From the NCBI GenBank assembly GCA_965220965.1, contig OZ244852.1, positions 824,621-888,620 of the forward strand: DNA of 64,000 nt, in the 5' to 3' direction. Position numbers and translations under genes: made by a program. Source of the DNA: Candidatus Marinacidobacterium sp. (lineage in GTDB: Bacteria; Acidobacteriota; Vicinamibacteria; Marinacidobacterales; Marinacidobacteraceae). The notes under the pieces were generated by a model, which worked only from the letters and a program-made list of their open reading frames with translations, had not been told where the DNA came from and ran no database searches. Below are positions 29,973-38,802 of this stretch, in pieces. Positions within the stretch are counted from its first letter, which is position 1. Each line of letters begins with the position of its first letter.

Positions 29973-31817
29973 ATGACCCGCGCCGAATTCACCGCGTTCC
30001 TGCGCGAACGCCCCCGGGTCGGCGACGGCGCGATGGGGACCGCGCTCTACAACGCGGGCGTCGGCGTCCGGCGATGCTTCGATGATCTGAACCGGTCCGA
30101 GGCGGACCGGGTTCGCGCGATCCACGCCGCCCACATCGAGGCTGGCGCCGACGTCGTCACGACGAACACCTTCGGCGCGAACCGGATCAAGCTGTCGCGG
30201 CACGGTCTCGCCTCGGATGTCCGGGCGATCAACGCCGCCGGGGTGCGGGTGGCGCGGCGGGCGGCCGGGCCCGAGATCCTGGTTCTGGGTTCTGTCGGGC
30301 CCACCGGAGTCGAGGTGCGGCTCTCCGAAGCGGAGGTCAGGGAGTCGGTCGAGGGCGCCTTCCGGGAGCAGATCGAGGCTCTCGCCGAAGCCGGCGTCGA
30401 CGCTCTGCTCATCGAGACCTTCACGAGCGTTGACGAGTGTGAACTCGCCCTGGAGACGGCGCGGGGAATCGCGCCCGACCTCGGGGTCGCGGCGCTCCTG
30501 ACGCTGACCGACCAGGCCGAGACGCCGCTCGGGATGCGCGCCGAGGTGGCGGCCCACCGGCTCGTCGCCGCCGGGGCCGACGCCGTGGGGCTGAACTGCG
30601 GGGTGGGGCCCGACAGCACGTTCACCGCGCTCCAGGCGATCAGCGGTTCGGTGAGCGTCCCGCTGATCGCGCAGCCGAACGCCGGGATCCCGGCCACGCT
30701 CGAAGGGCGGTTCCTCTACCCCTCCTCGCCGGACTACGTGGCGCACTATGCGAAGCGCTACCTGCGCCTCGGGGTCTCGCTCATCGGGGGCTGCTGCGGC
30801 ACCGGTCCCGAGCACATCGGGGCGGTCGCCGGCGTCGTCCGGGCCGCGACTGCGGGCCGTCCGGCGAAGCCGGTGGCGCCGACGCGCCCGGCGGAATCAG
30901 CGGCCGGCAAGGAGCCCGCGCCCCCGGCCGAGCGGTCCCGGCTCGCCCGGGAACTCACGGACGGGCGGTTCTGCGTCTCGGTGGAGATGGACCCGCCCCG
31001 GGGCGGCGACGCCGAGGTGTTTCGCGAGGCGGCGAGGCGACTCGCAGACGCCGGGATCCACTATGTGAACGTGGCCGACGGTCCGCGGGCGTCGGCGCGC
31101 ATGAGCGCGATCGCGTTTGCGGCGCTGCTCGAGCGCGACGGGGCGGTCGAGACGATCCTCCACTACCAGTGCCGGGACCGGAACCTGATCGGCATCCAGG
31201 CGGACCTCCTCGGCGCTCACGCGCTCGGGATCCGGAACCTGCTCGCCGTGACCGGAGATCCGCCGAAGCTCGGGGACTACCCGCACGCGACCGCCGTGTT
31301 CGACGTGGACTCCGTCGGGCTGGTCCGGATCGTGGAGGGGCTGAACCGCGGCCTCGATCTCGCCGGCAACGCGCTCCCGTCCGTGCTGCCCTTCTTCCCC
31401 GGAGTCGGAGTGAATCCGGCGGCGGCGGATCCCGAGGCGGAGATCCGCAAGTTCCACCGCAAGAAGGAGGCGGGCGCCCGGTACTGCCTGACGCAGCCGG
31501 TCTACGAACCGCGGCTTCTCGAGGACTTTCTGGATCGGATCGGCGGCCGGGACATCCCGGTGCTCGTGGGGATCCTGCCGCTCGTGAGTTCGCGGAACGC
31601 CGAGTTCCTCCACAACGAGGTTCCGGGCATGACGGTGCCCGACGCGGTCCGGCGGCGTCTGGCGGAGGCCGGAACCCGCAAGCAGGCGCGGGCCGTCGGC
31701 GTTGCGGTGGCGCGGGAGATGGTCGAGGCGGCGCGCGGGATCGCCGACGGCGCCTACATCATGCCGCCCTTCCAGCGCTTCGACCTCGCGGTCCGTTGCG
31801 TGGAGGGGCTGCTGTGA
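29973..31817 (+). CDS. Bifunctional homocysteine S-methyltransferase / 5,10-methylenetetrahydrofolate reductase (YitJ-like)
   Basis: The N-terminal homocysteine-binding domain has Zn ligands …GLNCGVGP… and …GGCCGTGPEHI. The C-terminal half is an MTHFR TIM barrel (…HYQCRDRNLIGIQADLLGAHALGIRNLLAVTGDPP…). Confidence 0.8.
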   Translation: MTRAEFTAFLRERPRVGDGAMGTALYNAGVGVRRCFDDLNRSEADRVRAIHAAHIEAGADVVTTNTFGANRIKLSRHGLASDVRAINAAGVRVARRAAGPEILVLGSVGPTGVEVRLSEAEVRESVEGAFREQIEALAEAGVDALLIETFTSVDECELALETARGIAPDLGVAALLTLTDQAETPLGMRAEVAAHRLVAAGADAVGLNCGVGPDSTFTALQAISGSVSVPLIAQPNAGIPATLEGRFLYPSSPDYVAHYAKRYLRLGVSLIGGCCGTGPEHIGAVAGVVRAATAGRPAKPVAPTRPAESAAGKEPAPPAERSRLARELTDGRFCVSVEMDPPRGGDAEVFREAARRLADAGIHYVNVADGPRASARMSAIAFAALLERDGAVETILHYQCRDRNLIGIQADLLGAHALGIRNLLAVTGDPPKLGDYPHATAVFDVDSVGLVRIVEGLNRGLDLAGNALPSVLPFFPGVGVNPAAADPEAEIRKFHRKKEAGARYCLTQPVYEPRLLEDFLDRIGGRDIPVLVGILPLVSSRNAEFLHNEVPGMTVPDAVRRRLAEAGTRKQARAVGVAVAREMVEAARGIADGAYIMPPFQRFDLAVRCVEGLL

Positions 31818-31861
31818 GCGGCGGCGGCCCGGAATGAAGCGAAGGTGAAAGAATCGGAGGG

Positions 31862-32881
31862 GTGAACTCCGGCCCTGTTCCCGCCCGGCGTCCCGGGCGG
31901 ACAGCCTTCTGGTGGGGAGCGGGCGTGACGTCTCTTGCCCTTGCGTTCGCCGCAACCGCCGCCGGCGGCGGCGCGCAGCAGGTCTTCCAGTTCGAGTCGG
32001 GAGTCGATCTGGTCTCCGTCCCGGTGGCGGTGATCGGCGAGGACGGCGCCTTCATCGGCGGACTCGAGGTCTCCGACTTCCGGGTGCTCGAGGACGGGGT
32101 GGAGCAGGAAATCGTGGTGTTCGGCGCCGGGCTCGACGAGTCCTGGGTGGATCTTCCCCCGGACCAGAAGGAAGAGCTCTCCCGGCGGCAGGTGATCGGG
32201 CTGCTGCTCGACGCCTCGGGCAGCATGGAGGAGGACATGTCGCTCCTCCACGAGGCCGCGATCAAGTTCCTCACGAACATCCCCCGCACCGAGCATCTGT
32301 TCGTGATCAGCTTCGACGAGAACATCCGCCTCTCCGAGTACTCCTCCGATGACCAGCGGACCATCTCGAACCGGATCTACGACATCGAGGCGGAGGGCTG
32401 GACCGCGCTCTACGACGCGGTCGCGACGTTCCTGGACCGCGTCTGGGATTACGACGGCCGCAAGACGCTCGCGGTGTTCAGCGACGGGGCGGACTCGCGC
32501 TCGACGCTGAGCTACGCCGACGCGCTGGACCTGGTGCGGCTCGGCGACGCCACGATCCACTCGATCCATTTCGGGGACCGCACGCGCCACTCCGAGGTGT
32601 TCCAGAACGCGCGGTTCCTGCGCGCGATCTCGGAGACCACCGGGGGTTCCTACGCGCTCGCCTCATCGCTCGAACAGATCGACGAGCTCTACGACCGGAT
32701 CCTCGACGAGCTCTACAGCCAGTACAGCATCGGCTACGTCTCGAACAACCTGCGCCGCGAAGGGCGCTACCGCGAGATCGAGGTCGAACTGACCCGTCCC
32801 GATCTCAGGGACGCCGAGGTCCGCGCCCGAAAGGGCTATTACGGACCACTCGATCCGCCTGAGCCGCCTGGAAGCCGATAG
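31862..32881 (+). CDS. Secreted VWA (von Willebrand factor A) domain protein
   Basis: Signal peptide; MIDAS-type motif LLLDASGSM; …TALYDAV…; …AVFSDGAD…. Confidence 0.65.
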   Translation: MNSGPVPARRPGRTAFWWGAGVTSLALAFAATAAGGGAQQVFQFESGVDLVSVPVAVIGEDGAFIGGLEVSDFRVLEDGVEQEIVVFGAGLDESWVDLPPDQKEELSRRQVIGLLLDASGSMEEDMSLLHEAAIKFLTNIPRTEHLFVISFDENIRLSEYSSDDQRTISNRIYDIEAEGWTALYDAVATFLDRVWDYDGRKTLAVFSDGADSRSTLSYADALDLVRLGDATIHSIHFGDRTRHSEVFQNARFLRAISETTGGSYALASSLEQIDELYDRILDELYSQYSIGYVSNNLRREGRYREIEVELTRPDLRDAEVRARKGYYGPLDPPEPPGSR

Positions 32882-32929
32882 CGATACGGCCGGAACGCCG
32901 GGGACGCTCGGCCCGGAGGAAGCGCCTCC

Positions 32930-33250
32930 TCAGCCGGCGTCGTATCCCGTGACCCAGCGGTGGTCCACGATGAAGTCGAAGCCGCTTCGCAGCGGCCTCA
33001 GGCCGAGTTCCGCCACGAAGGAGCGGGCGAACGCCGCGCCCAGCACGTCGTCGGCGCCGCCGCGCTTCCCGGCTTCCTCGACGGCCAGGTCGGTGACCTG
33101 CAGCCGCCCTTCGATCGGGCCCGGGTCAGCGTCGGGACCGCTCGCCTGGATGCGGACGGTCCAGGGGTTGTGCTTGTCGTCTTCCGACTTCTCGGCCGGT
33201 GCGGCCTCGCCGCGGTAGGTGAGGCCGCGGCCCTCGAAGCTGAATTCCAT
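32930..33250 (-). CDS. Small hypothetical protein (106 aa)
   Basis: Clean ORF between convergent neighbours; no recognisable motif. Coding status is supported only by length and context. Confidence 0.3.
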   Translation of the reverse strand: MEFSFEGRGLTYRGEAAPAEKSEDDKHNPWTVRIQASGPDADPGPIEGRLQVTDLAVEEAGKRGGADDVLGAAFARSFVAELGLRPLRSGFDFIVDHRWVTGYDAG

Positions 33251-33281
33251 CGGTTCGGTCCTTGCGCCGTGTTCCGTTCGG

Positions 33282-34367
33282 TTACGGGAGGTCGGGGGGG
33301 CTGAAGATCTGCGCGCCGCTCTGGCACTCGAGCGTGCCGAGGAACGCCAGGATGTCGGCGATCTGAGCGTCGTCCAGGTTGCGGTCCTGCAGCTCGTCGC
33401 GGTCGATGTAGGGGTTGTCGAGGCCGCCGCTGGCCATGATCCGCACCGCCTCTTCCAGCGTCGCCACGCTGCCGTTGTGGAAGTAGGGGGCGCTCTTCGT
33501 GATGTCCCGCAGCGTGGGCGTCTTGAACGCTCCCTGGCAGGCCTCGTCCTCCGTCGTGCTGCACCGGTCGGCTTCGGTGACGACCCATCGGCCCAGATCG
33601 GGATCCTCGGCGTCCATCCCGATCCCCACGTTGTGGTAGAGCATGTCGGTGAACAGCACGCCGGAGTGGCACACCGCGCATCCGGCCTCCGCGGTGAAGA
33701 GTTCGGCGCCCCGCTGGGCCGCTTCAGGGATGGTCGACTCGCCGCGGCGCCAGCCGTCGTAGGCGGTGTCGCCGCAATAGAAGGCGTCGCGCTCGAACGA
33801 GGCGATGGCCTGCACGACGTTCTCGGGAGTGGCCGGACCGCCGAACACCGCCTCGAACTGCTCCCGGTACCCGGGGATGGCGTTCAGCGATTCGACGACC
33901 GCGTCCGCGTCGGCGCCCATGTTGCCGCCGGTCCAGGCCGCCATCGCCTGCGCCTCGAGCGAGCCGCTGCGCCCGTCCCAGTAGAACTCGGTGTGGTAGG
34001 CGATGTTCCAGAGCGTCGGGCTGGAGCGCGTGAGCACCCGGCCGAGAGCCCCTTCCGCGACCGGCAATCCGTCGGTCAGCCCGTTCTCGACGAGGTGGCA
34101 GCTATAGCAGGAGCGCGTCCCATCGGCGGAGAGCCGGGTGTCGAAGTAGAGCTGCTTGCCGAGCGCCACCTTTTCGGGCGTCTGCGGATTGTCCGGCGGG
34201 ATGACCGGCGCCGCGAAGTCGGCGGGAGGTCCGGGAACGAACGCCGTCTCCTCGGGGACATCCTCCGCGACCGGATCCTCGCCGGCCGGCGCGCAGCCGA
34301 TCACGAAGCCGCCGACGGCGAGTGCGATCCCCAGGGACAGGAGGGCAAACAGGACGAATGGACGCAT
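33282..34367 (-). CDS. Di-haem cytochrome c peroxidase (CCP/MauG family)
   Basis: Signal peptide with Cys (MRPFVLFALLSLGIALAVGGFVIGC). Two CxxCH haem sites (CYSCH and CAVCH). True start is the ATG at 34367; the ORF-track start at 34757 is an over-extension. Confidence 0.85.
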   Translation of the reverse strand: MRPFVLFALLSLGIALAVGGFVIGCAPAGEDPVAEDVPEETAFVPGPPADFAAPVIPPDNPQTPEKVALGKQLYFDTRLSADGTRSCYSCHLVENGLTDGLPVAEGALGRVLTRSSPTLWNIAYHTEFYWDGRSGSLEAQAMAAWTGGNMGADADAVVESLNAIPGYREQFEAVFGGPATPENVVQAIASFERDAFYCGDTAYDGWRRGESTIPEAAQRGAELFTAEAGCAVCHSGVLFTDMLYHNVGIGMDAEDPDLGRWVVTEADRCSTTEDEACQGAFKTPTLRDITKSAPYFHNGSVATLEEAVRIMASGGLDNPYIDRDELQDRNLDDAQIADILAFLGTLECQSGAQIFSPPDLP

Positions 34368-34506
34368 GAAGTGGAACCTCCTGGGGATCCCGGGGAGACG
34401 GGACCCGGGCGCGGGAACGCGAAATGCTACCAGCCGTTCCGGCCGGTTCCGGGGCGTTCCGCCGTTGCTGGAACGGCCCCCGCCGTTCCGCGATAGGCTC
34501 TGCTTC

Positions 34507-35403
34507 GTGCGTCGCCCGGCCCGCGGAAGAGTCATCGGGGGCGGCCTGTTGCTTGTGGCGCTCGCGGCCGCGGGGGTCGCCGCCTCGGGCGCGCTTTCGC
34601 CGTTCACCGCGTGGCAGGCGCCGCCGCCGCCGGCCGCGCCCTCGGGCCTCGCCCTCCAGCCCAGCAGGCAGGAGCTTCGCGAGATGATCGCGGCGGCCAC
34701 CGGAAGAGGGCGCCGGGGGCGCGACCGGGACCCGTTCGGGGTGGGCCCGAAGGGCATCCACGACTTCTATTTCACCCGCGCCGCCTACTCGAGTTACGGA
34801 TGGCGGGGCTGGCAGGTGGACTACCCGAAGGCCGACCGGCAATTCCTGATCGGCCTCCAGCGCCTGACCAATCTGGACTCCTACGCGATGGAAAACGGGG
34901 TCCTGCTCACCGACCCCGACCTGGGCCGCTTCCCCTTCCTCTACGCGGTCGAGGTGGGCCACATGCAGATGTCCGAGCCCGAGGTTCTGGCGCTCCGCCG
35001 GTATCTGCATCAGGGCGGCTTCCTGGTGGTGGACGACTTCTGGGGAACCTACGAGTGGCTCAACTTCGCGGGTGAAATGGGCCGCGTCCTCCCGGGCCGC
35101 CCGATCGAGGACATCCCGCTCGACCACCCGCTGTTCCACTCGTTCTACCAGGTGGACGAGATCGTTCAGGTGCCCAACGTGGGGCAGGGGATCCGGGGCG
35201 GTCCGACCTGGGAGCGGGATGGCTACACCCCGGTGGTCCGGGGCATCTTCGACGACGAGCGGCGGCTCATGGTGCTCATCAACTGGAACACCGACCTCGG
35301 GGACGCCTGGGAGTGGGCCGAGGACCCGCGTTACCCGCTGACGTATTCGCTCTACGCCTACGAGATGGGAATCAACTTCATCATCTACGCCATGACCCAC
35401 TGA
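34507..35403 (+). CDS. DUF4159-family protein (paralog 1)
   Basis: Signal peptide; conserved core …RLTNLDSYAMENGVLLTDPDLGRFPFLYAVEVGHMQMSEPEVLALRRYLHQGGFLVVDDFWG… and C-terminal …GINFIIYAMTH. Clear paralog of 41525..42394. Start is uncertain; GTG at 34507 is proposed. Confidence 0.6.
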   Translation: MRRPARGRVIGGGLLLVALAAAGVAASGALSPFTAWQAPPPPAAPSGLALQPSRQELREMIAAATGRGRRGRDRDPFGVGPKGIHDFYFTRAAYSSYGWRGWQVDYPKADRQFLIGLQRLTNLDSYAMENGVLLTDPDLGRFPFLYAVEVGHMQMSEPEVLALRRYLHQGGFLVVDDFWGTYEWLNFAGEMGRVLPGRPIEDIPLDHPLFHSFYQVDEIVQVPNVGQGIRGGPTWERDGYTPVVRGIFDDERRLMVLINWNTDLGDAWEWAEDPRYPLTYSLYAYEMGINFIIYAMTH

Positions 35404-35452
35404 GCGCCCCCCGGCGGCGGTGCGCTCTCTCTCGTAAATCCGGTCCGGATCG

Positions 35453-37792
35453 ATGTTCTCCCGCGCGGTCGAGTGGCTCTTCGGAAGCCCCCCGGTCGCC
35501 TTCTCCCGGGGAGATCTCGACCTCCTCGTGGCGTGGCCGGCGTATTTCGCGGGCGTCGTCCTCATCGCGGCGGTCGTGTGGTTCCTCCTCGGGTATCGCG
35601 CCGCCGGCGTCCGGGTCCGGCCCGTCGAGCGCATCCTGCTGGCCGCGGCCCGGGCGGGCGCGATCGCGCTCGCCGCGCTGTGCCTGCTTCGGCCCCAGCT
35701 CGTGGTGTCGCTCACCGTGCCGCAGGAGAACCTCGTCGCGGTCCTCCTCGACGACTCGGCCAGCATGGGAATCCGCGATGTCGCGGGCGGCGAACAGGCC
35801 CGGAGCGACGCGCTGCTGGCGGCGTTCCCGGCCGACCCGGACGAGGACCCCGATGCGCTGGGACCCCGCCTCGAAGAGGAGTTCGTCACCCGCTTCTTCC
35901 GTTTCGCCGGGGACTCGGGACGGATCGACTCGCCCCGGGACCTCACGTTCTCCGGCGCGCGCACCGACCTCGCCCGCGCGCTCACCCGCGCGGTGGACGA
36001 GCTGGCATCGCTGCCGCTCGCTGGCGTCGTCCTGCTGACCGACGGGGCGCAGACGGTCGGAGGCGAGGCGGACGAGGGGCTCGAGGAGGCGCTGCTCGAC
36101 CTGCGGGGACGCGGATTGCGCGTCTACCCGGTGGCGTTCGGGGAGTCGAGCGCGGAGGCCGACCTGGAACTGGTCAGCCCGGATCTCCCGGCGCGCGTCG
36201 TCCAGGGCTCGCTCGTCGAGGTGCGGGCGCGGATCCGCGCCCGGGGACTCGCCGGCCGGACGGCGCGCTTCGAGGTGCTCGACGAAGGGCGCATCCTGAC
36301 CCAGGAGACGGTCCGCTTCGGCTCGGACGACGAAGAGACGACCGTTGTCGCGTTCGCCCCGGCGAACGACCCGGGCGCCCGGCGACTCCGGCTTCGCGTC
36401 GCCCCGTTCACCGGGGAGACCGTCGTGCGGAACAACGAGCAGCGCGCGCTCCTGCTCGTCGAGGATCGCCCGGCGCGGATCCTCTACTTCGAGGGGCAGC
36501 CCCGCTGGGAGATGAAGTTCCTGCGGCGCGCCGTCGAGGCGGATGAGGGACTCCAGGTCGCGAGCCTGCTCCGGACCGCGGAGGGCAAGTTCTACCGGCT
36601 GGGCGTCAGCGGACCCGACGAGCTCGCCGGAGGCTTCCCGGACACCCGGGAGGAGCTGTTCGAATACGACGCCATCATCCTCGGGGGCGTCGAGGCCGGG
36701 TTCTTCACCCAGGACCAGCTCAACATGCTCCGCGACTTCGTCAGCCAGCGCGGCGGCGGCCTGCTCACCCTCGGCAGCGGGCGCTCCTACGGGAGGGGCG
36801 GGTACCGGGGCACGCCGCTCGCCGAGATCCTCCCGCTGACGCTCCCCGACGCCATGGAGACCGGGTCCGGGCCGCGTCCGGAGGATCTCCGCGAACTGCA
36901 GGTCCAGCCGACCCGGGCGGGGGCCAGCCATCCGGTCGTGCGGCTCGACCCCGATCCCGGACTCAACGCCTCCCGCTACCGCGAGCTGCCCCTGCTGTCC
37001 ACGGTGAACCTGGCGATGACCGCGAAACCCGGCGCCATCACCCTGCTCGAGGGGACCGGACCCGGCGGGGAGAGCGAGCCGGTCCTGCTGTTCCAGCGCT
37101 TTGGCCGCGGCCGGGTGGCGAGTCTCACCGTCCAGGACCTCTGGCTCTGGCAGATGGACGTCTCGGTCCCGCTCGAGGACGAGACACACGAGACGCTCTG
37201 GAGGCGGCTGCTGCGCTGGCTGGCGGCCGACGCGCCCCGCCGGGTCGAGGCCTCGCTGGCGCCGGTCCGGTCGCTCCCGGGAGAGCCGGTGACGATCCGG
37301 GCGCGCGTCGAGGACGAACGGTTCCTCGCGGTGAACAACGCCGAGGTCGAGGCGTGGATCACCGCGCCCGACGGCGAGTCGCCGCCGGTCCCGCTCCTGT
37401 GGACGGGCGAGGCCGACGGCGAGTACTCCGGAGTCTTCGTCCCGGCCACCGCCGGGCTCCACCAGGTCGAGGTGCGCGCCGCCGGCGGCTTCGTCGGGGA
37501 GGGCGCGGCGCCGGGGAGCGCCGAGGCCTGGGCCGAGGTCGGGGCGGTGGATGACGAGTTCTTCGGCGCCGGGACCGACCGGGAGCTGCTTCGCCGGATC
37601 GCCGACTCGACCGGAGGCCAGATGTTCGAGGTGGACGGCGCCGAGGACCTGGTGGACCATCTGAGCATCGGCGAATCGGGCGCCACCGTCGTGGAGCGGC
37701 GCGATCTGTGGAACCAGCCCGGGGTGTTCCTCCTGCTGCTTGCGCTTCTCGCGGCGGAGTGGTGCGGTCGCTCGCTCCGCGGGATGGCCTGA
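35453..37792 (+). CDS. BatA-like membrane protein with an N-terminal double transmembrane segment, a VWA domain and a GATase1/ThuA-like C-terminal domain
   Basis: N-terminal two transmembrane helices; VWA motif VLLDDSASM; GATase-like region …YDAIILGGVEAGFFTQDQLNMLRDFVSQRGGGLLTLGS…; C-terminal transmembrane helix; 779 aa. Confidence 0.65.
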   Translation: MFSRAVEWLFGSPPVAFSRGDLDLLVAWPAYFAGVVLIAAVVWFLLGYRAAGVRVRPVERILLAAARAGAIALAALCLLRPQLVVSLTVPQENLVAVLLDDSASMGIRDVAGGEQARSDALLAAFPADPDEDPDALGPRLEEEFVTRFFRFAGDSGRIDSPRDLTFSGARTDLARALTRAVDELASLPLAGVVLLTDGAQTVGGEADEGLEEALLDLRGRGLRVYPVAFGESSAEADLELVSPDLPARVVQGSLVEVRARIRARGLAGRTARFEVLDEGRILTQETVRFGSDDEETTVVAFAPANDPGARRLRLRVAPFTGETVVRNNEQRALLLVEDRPARILYFEGQPRWEMKFLRRAVEADEGLQVASLLRTAEGKFYRLGVSGPDELAGGFPDTREELFEYDAIILGGVEAGFFTQDQLNMLRDFVSQRGGGLLTLGSGRSYGRGGYRGTPLAEILPLTLPDAMETGSGPRPEDLRELQVQPTRAGASHPVVRLDPDPGLNASRYRELPLLSTVNLAMTAKPGAITLLEGTGPGGESEPVLLFQRFGRGRVASLTVQDLWLWQMDVSVPLEDETHETLWRRLLRWLAADAPRRVEASLAPVRSLPGEPVTIRARVEDERFLAVNNAEVEAWITAPDGESPPVPLLWTGEADGEYSGVFVPATAGLHQVEVRAAGGFVGEGAAPGSAEAWAEVGAVDDEFFGAGTDRELLRRIADSTGGQMFEVDGAEDLVDHLSIGESGATVVERRDLWNQPGVFLLLLALLAAEWCGRSLRGMA

Positions 37793-38802
37793 TGATCGCG
37801 GCCGCGGCGCTGATCGCCGGCCTCTCGCTGGCCCCGTCCGCGGCGATGGCGAGCGACCGGGCTCTCATCGTCGTGGCCGGCGTCGGGGGCAGCCCCGAGC
37901 ACCGCGAGCGGTTCACCGGCTGGGCGGTCTCGCTGTGTGAGGCCGCGCACCTCGGCCCCCGACCGCCGCGAGTCGAGCTGCTGGTCGAGCGGCCCGACCC
38001 CGAGGCTTCGGGCGTGTGCGCCCCCACCGGGCGCAGCCGCCGCGAGGAGATCGCCGCCCGGCTCTCCGCCGCCCGCGAGGACGAGGAGCTGATGCTCGTG
38101 CTCATCGGGCACGGCAGCCGCGATCCCGGGGCGCGCTTCAACCTTCCCGGGCCCGACCTCTCGCCCGCCGATCTTGCCGGCATGCTCGACGGCTACGGCG
38201 GCGAGGTCACGGTGGCGCACCTCGGAAGCGCCTCCGGCGCGTTCCTCCCCGCGCTCTCCGGTCCGCGGCGGGTCATCCTCACCGCGACCACCGCCACCCA
38301 GGCGAACGAGACCCGGTTCCCGAAGCATTTCGTCGAGGCGCTCACCGCGCGCGACGGGGAGGACGACCTCGACGCCGACCGGAACAAGGACGGGGTGCTG
38401 ACCGCCCTCGAGGCCTTCGACTTCGCCCGCGCCGCGGTGGAGCGCGAGTACGAGGAGGCCGGCCTGCTGCGGACCGAGCACCCGCTCCTCGACGACAACG
38501 GCGATGGCGCGGGCAGCCGCGAGCCCGGAACCGATCCGGGCGCGGACGGCGTTCTCGCCTCCCGCACCGCCGTGCTCCTCCTCGAGGGGACCGCGGCGCT
38601 CGAGGCGGCGGCGGCGGAAGACAACGAGGAGTTGCGCGCGCTCCTCGAGCGGCGCGACGAGCTGGCGGCGCAGGTGGACGTGCTCCGGGCGACGCGCGAC
38701 GCGATCGACGAGGAGACCTACCTCAACGAACTGGAGGATCTGCTCCTCGAGATCGCCGCTCTCAACGAGGAGATCAGCGCCCTCCGGGAGCCGGGCTCGT
38801 GA
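37792..38802 (+). CDS. Secreted caspase/legumain-like (clan CD fold) protein with a C-terminal coiled coil
   Basis: Signal peptide; LIVVAGVGGSPEHRERF…; His-Gly dyad LVLIGHGS; …VILTATTATQANE…. No obvious catalytic Cys. The C-terminal heptad region (…ELEDLLLEIAALNEEISALRE) suggests a coiled coil. Start overlaps the upstream stop (TGATG). Confidence 0.45.
   Translation: MIAAAALIAGLSLAPSAAMASDRALIVVAGVGGSPEHRERFTGWAVSLCEAAHLGPRPPRVELLVERPDPEASGVCAPTGRSRREEIAARLSAAREDEELMLVLIGHGSRDPGARFNLPGPDLSPADLAGMLDGYGGEVTVAHLGSASGAFLPALSGPRRVILTATTATQANETRFPKHFVEALTARDGEDDLDADRNKDGVLTALEAFDFARAAVEREYEEAGLLRTEHPLLDDNGDGAGSREPGTDPGADGVLASRTAVLLLEGTAALEAAAAEDNEELRALLERRDELAAQVDVLRATRDAIDEETYLNELEDLLLEIAALNEEISALREPGS

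Noticed and set aside
34366-34506. ATG at 34366 as the start of the first DUF4159 gene
   Set aside because: It would overlap the divergent cytochrome c peroxidase start codon by 2 nt. The signal peptide begins near the GTG at 34507.
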